NCBI RefSeq assembly: GCF_044704955.1
Contig: NC_091993.1
Location: forward strand, 117,366,001 to 117,430,000
DNA: 64,000 bases
Direction of reading: 5' to 3'
From: Pristiophorus japonicus
Lineage: Eukaryota
Below, in pieces: positions 61,961 through 64,000 of the stretch; the stretch's first letter is position 1, and the number at the start of each line of letters is the position of its first letter. The position numbers were made by a program, and so were the translations under genes. The notes beneath the pieces are model-generated. The model did no database searches, was not told the DNA's origin, and was given only the letters and a program-made list of their open reading frames with translations.

Positions 61961-63835
61961 TCTCTCGCATCCCCCCATCACGCCCTCTTCCCCACATTTC
62001 TCTCTCCATCCCTCCCTCTCTCTCCGCTCCCTCTCCTCTCACACCCCCATCTCTCTCACTCTTCCCCCCCACCTGCTCGCTCTCTCTTCCCCCCATCTCC
62101 CCTCTCTCTCCCCCCTCTCCTCTCTCTCTCTCTACCCCTCTCCTCTCTCCACCCCAGTCTCTCTCTCTTACCTGTCCATCTCTCTCCACCCACCCCCAGT
62201 CTGCTCTTTCTCCCCCAGTCTGTCTCTCTCCACTCCCACCCCCCAACCTCCCGTCTCACTCTCCTCCCACCCCTGTCTCTCTGTCCCACCCCTCCCATCT
62301 CTCTGGCCCTCCCCTCCTCTCTCTCTCTCCGAGTGTGTCCACCCTATCTCTGGCCCCCCCCTCCCGTCTCTCGCTCCCTCTTCCTCCAGACCCCCGTCTC
62401 TCCTCCCCCATCTCTCTCTCCCCACCTTGTCTCTCTCTTCTCCCCCCCCCACACCTGTCTCTCTCTCCCCCCCACACCTGTCTCTCTCCCCCCCCACACC
62501 TGTCTCTATCTCTTCCCCCCGCGACCCCACGTCTCTCTCTCACTCTCCCCTCATGTCTCTCTCTCTCTCCCCCTCTCATCTTTCTCTCCCCACCTCACAA
62601 CTCTCTCCCCTCTCCTCCCTCCATCTCCCCCTTCTCCGCTCACTCTCCTCCATCTCTCTCCCCAGTCTCTAACTCTCTCTCTCTCCCAATCTCTCTCTCT
62701 CTCACCCCAGTCTCTCTCGCTCTCCTGCAGTCTCTCTTTCTCTTCCCCCATCTTTCTCTCTCTCTCCCCCATCTCTCTCTCTCTCTCCCCGTGTCTCTCC
62801 CTCTCTCTCCACCCCGTCTCTCTCCCTTCCCCATCTCCCTCTTCCCCATATCTCTCTCTCTCTTAGCACCCCCTCTCTCCCCACGTGTTTCTCTCGCACC
62901 CGTGATCTCTCTCTCTCTTGCTCTTCCCACCCCGTCTCCCCCCTCTCTCCCTGCCCAGTCTCTCTCTCCCCCACCCTCTTCTCTCTCTCCTCCCCTCTCC
63001 TGCCTCCCCTGCAGTCTCTCTCTCTCTTGCCCACCTGTCTCTGCCCCCCGCCCCTCTCTCTCTCTTACCCTTCTGTCACTTTACCCCCTTCTCTCACACA
63101 CTACCCCCTCTCTCACCGACTCCCCCTCCCGTCTCTCTCTTCCCCTCTCATCGCTCACTCCCCACCTCCCATCTCATGCTCTCCCTCCCCCGTCCATCAC
63201 TCTTTCTTTCATTCCCGCCACTGTCTCTCTCCCCCCAGTCTCTCCCTCTCTCCCTCACCTCCGTCTCTCTCTTACTCTTCCCCCATCTTTCTCTCCCATC
63301 CCGTCTCTCTCTCTCTCTCCCCCCAGCTGTCTGTCTCCCTCTTTCCTCCCCCAGTCTCTCTCTCTCCCGTCTCTCTCTGTCCCCCACCCCTCTACTTCAT
63401 CTCTTTCTGCCCCCCCTCATCTCTCTCTCCCTCATAACTCTCCACCCCCATGTCTCTCTCCACCCCCTTTCTCTCTCTCTTCCCCTCCCCATCTCTCTCT
63501 TCCTCATCCCGTCTCTCTCTCTCACCCGTCACACTCTCTCTTCCCCCTCCACCATCTCTCTCTCTCTCCCCTCTAGTTTATTTCACCCCCCTCCCCAGCT
63601 CCCCCTTCCCCTTGTCTCTCTCTCCCCCCGCACCTGTCTGTCTCTCTCTCTCTCCCCGTCTCACTCTCTTCCCTCCACCGCCCCCACCCGCCACTGTCTC
63701 TCTCTCTTTCATCTGTCTTTCTCCCCCTCCTCTGTCTCTCTCTCCCCGTCTCTCTCTCTCTCAACACCCAAATCTTTCTCTCTCTCTCTCTCTCTCGCTC
63801 GCCCCCCAGTATCCCTCTCTCTCTCTCCCACTCCG
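61961..63835. repeat. Degenerate CT-rich low-complexity tract
   Basis: Continuation of the polypyrimidine sequence. Confidence 0.9.
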
Positions 63836-64000
63836 ACGATGTTTTCTCTCACACCGAAGGCCGCAAAAATATTCCAAATAATGCAAAAGCGAGAAGCAAA
63901 TCCAGCTGCAGGCTCCAGCGGCAGAAAATGTTTCAGCAGTGATGAGCTCCACCGGGCTCATGGTTTGGCTCCCAGTGACTGTATTCAAAAGTAAATCATT

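Noticed and set aside
47580-63994. Very long ORFs (up to 1167 aa) rich in S/L/P or E/R/G
   Set aside because: Translations of CT/GA low-complexity DNA that lacks stop codons by composition. Only the first ~140 aa of 60100-63576 are real (Gypsy pol).

Overview
Vertebrate genomic DNA with no prokaryotic content. The repeat families and the host gene point to a cartilaginous fish (shark-like). The main host content is a cluster of Ig-superfamily leukocyte receptor genes. One complete six-exon gene can be spliced by hand on the + strand (12661-35600, 313 aa). It encodes a leader, a CD300/pIgR-type V domain, an FcR/FCRL-like C2 domain, an S/T stalk, a transmembrane segment with an NxxR motif and a short Tyr-free tail, i.e. 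an MDIR/CD300-like putative activating receptor. Two near-identical paralogous leader exons with their promoters and intron-1 flanks lie at 5530-5566 (- strand, head-to-head) and 43058-43094 (+ strand); their downstream exons were not found in the window. Most of the rest is decayed transposable elements: six large CR1 LINE copies, two Gypsy LTR elements plus an LTR fragment, a Tx1/L1-like LINE, RTE, Penelope-like and several Harbinger relics. A ~16 kb polypyrimidine tract contains a ~4.3 kb tandem duplication and a 139-N assembly gap. All long Ser/Leu/Pro or Glu/Arg/Gly ORFs in 47.5-64 kb are low-complexity artefacts. All alignments and counts were made by eye.
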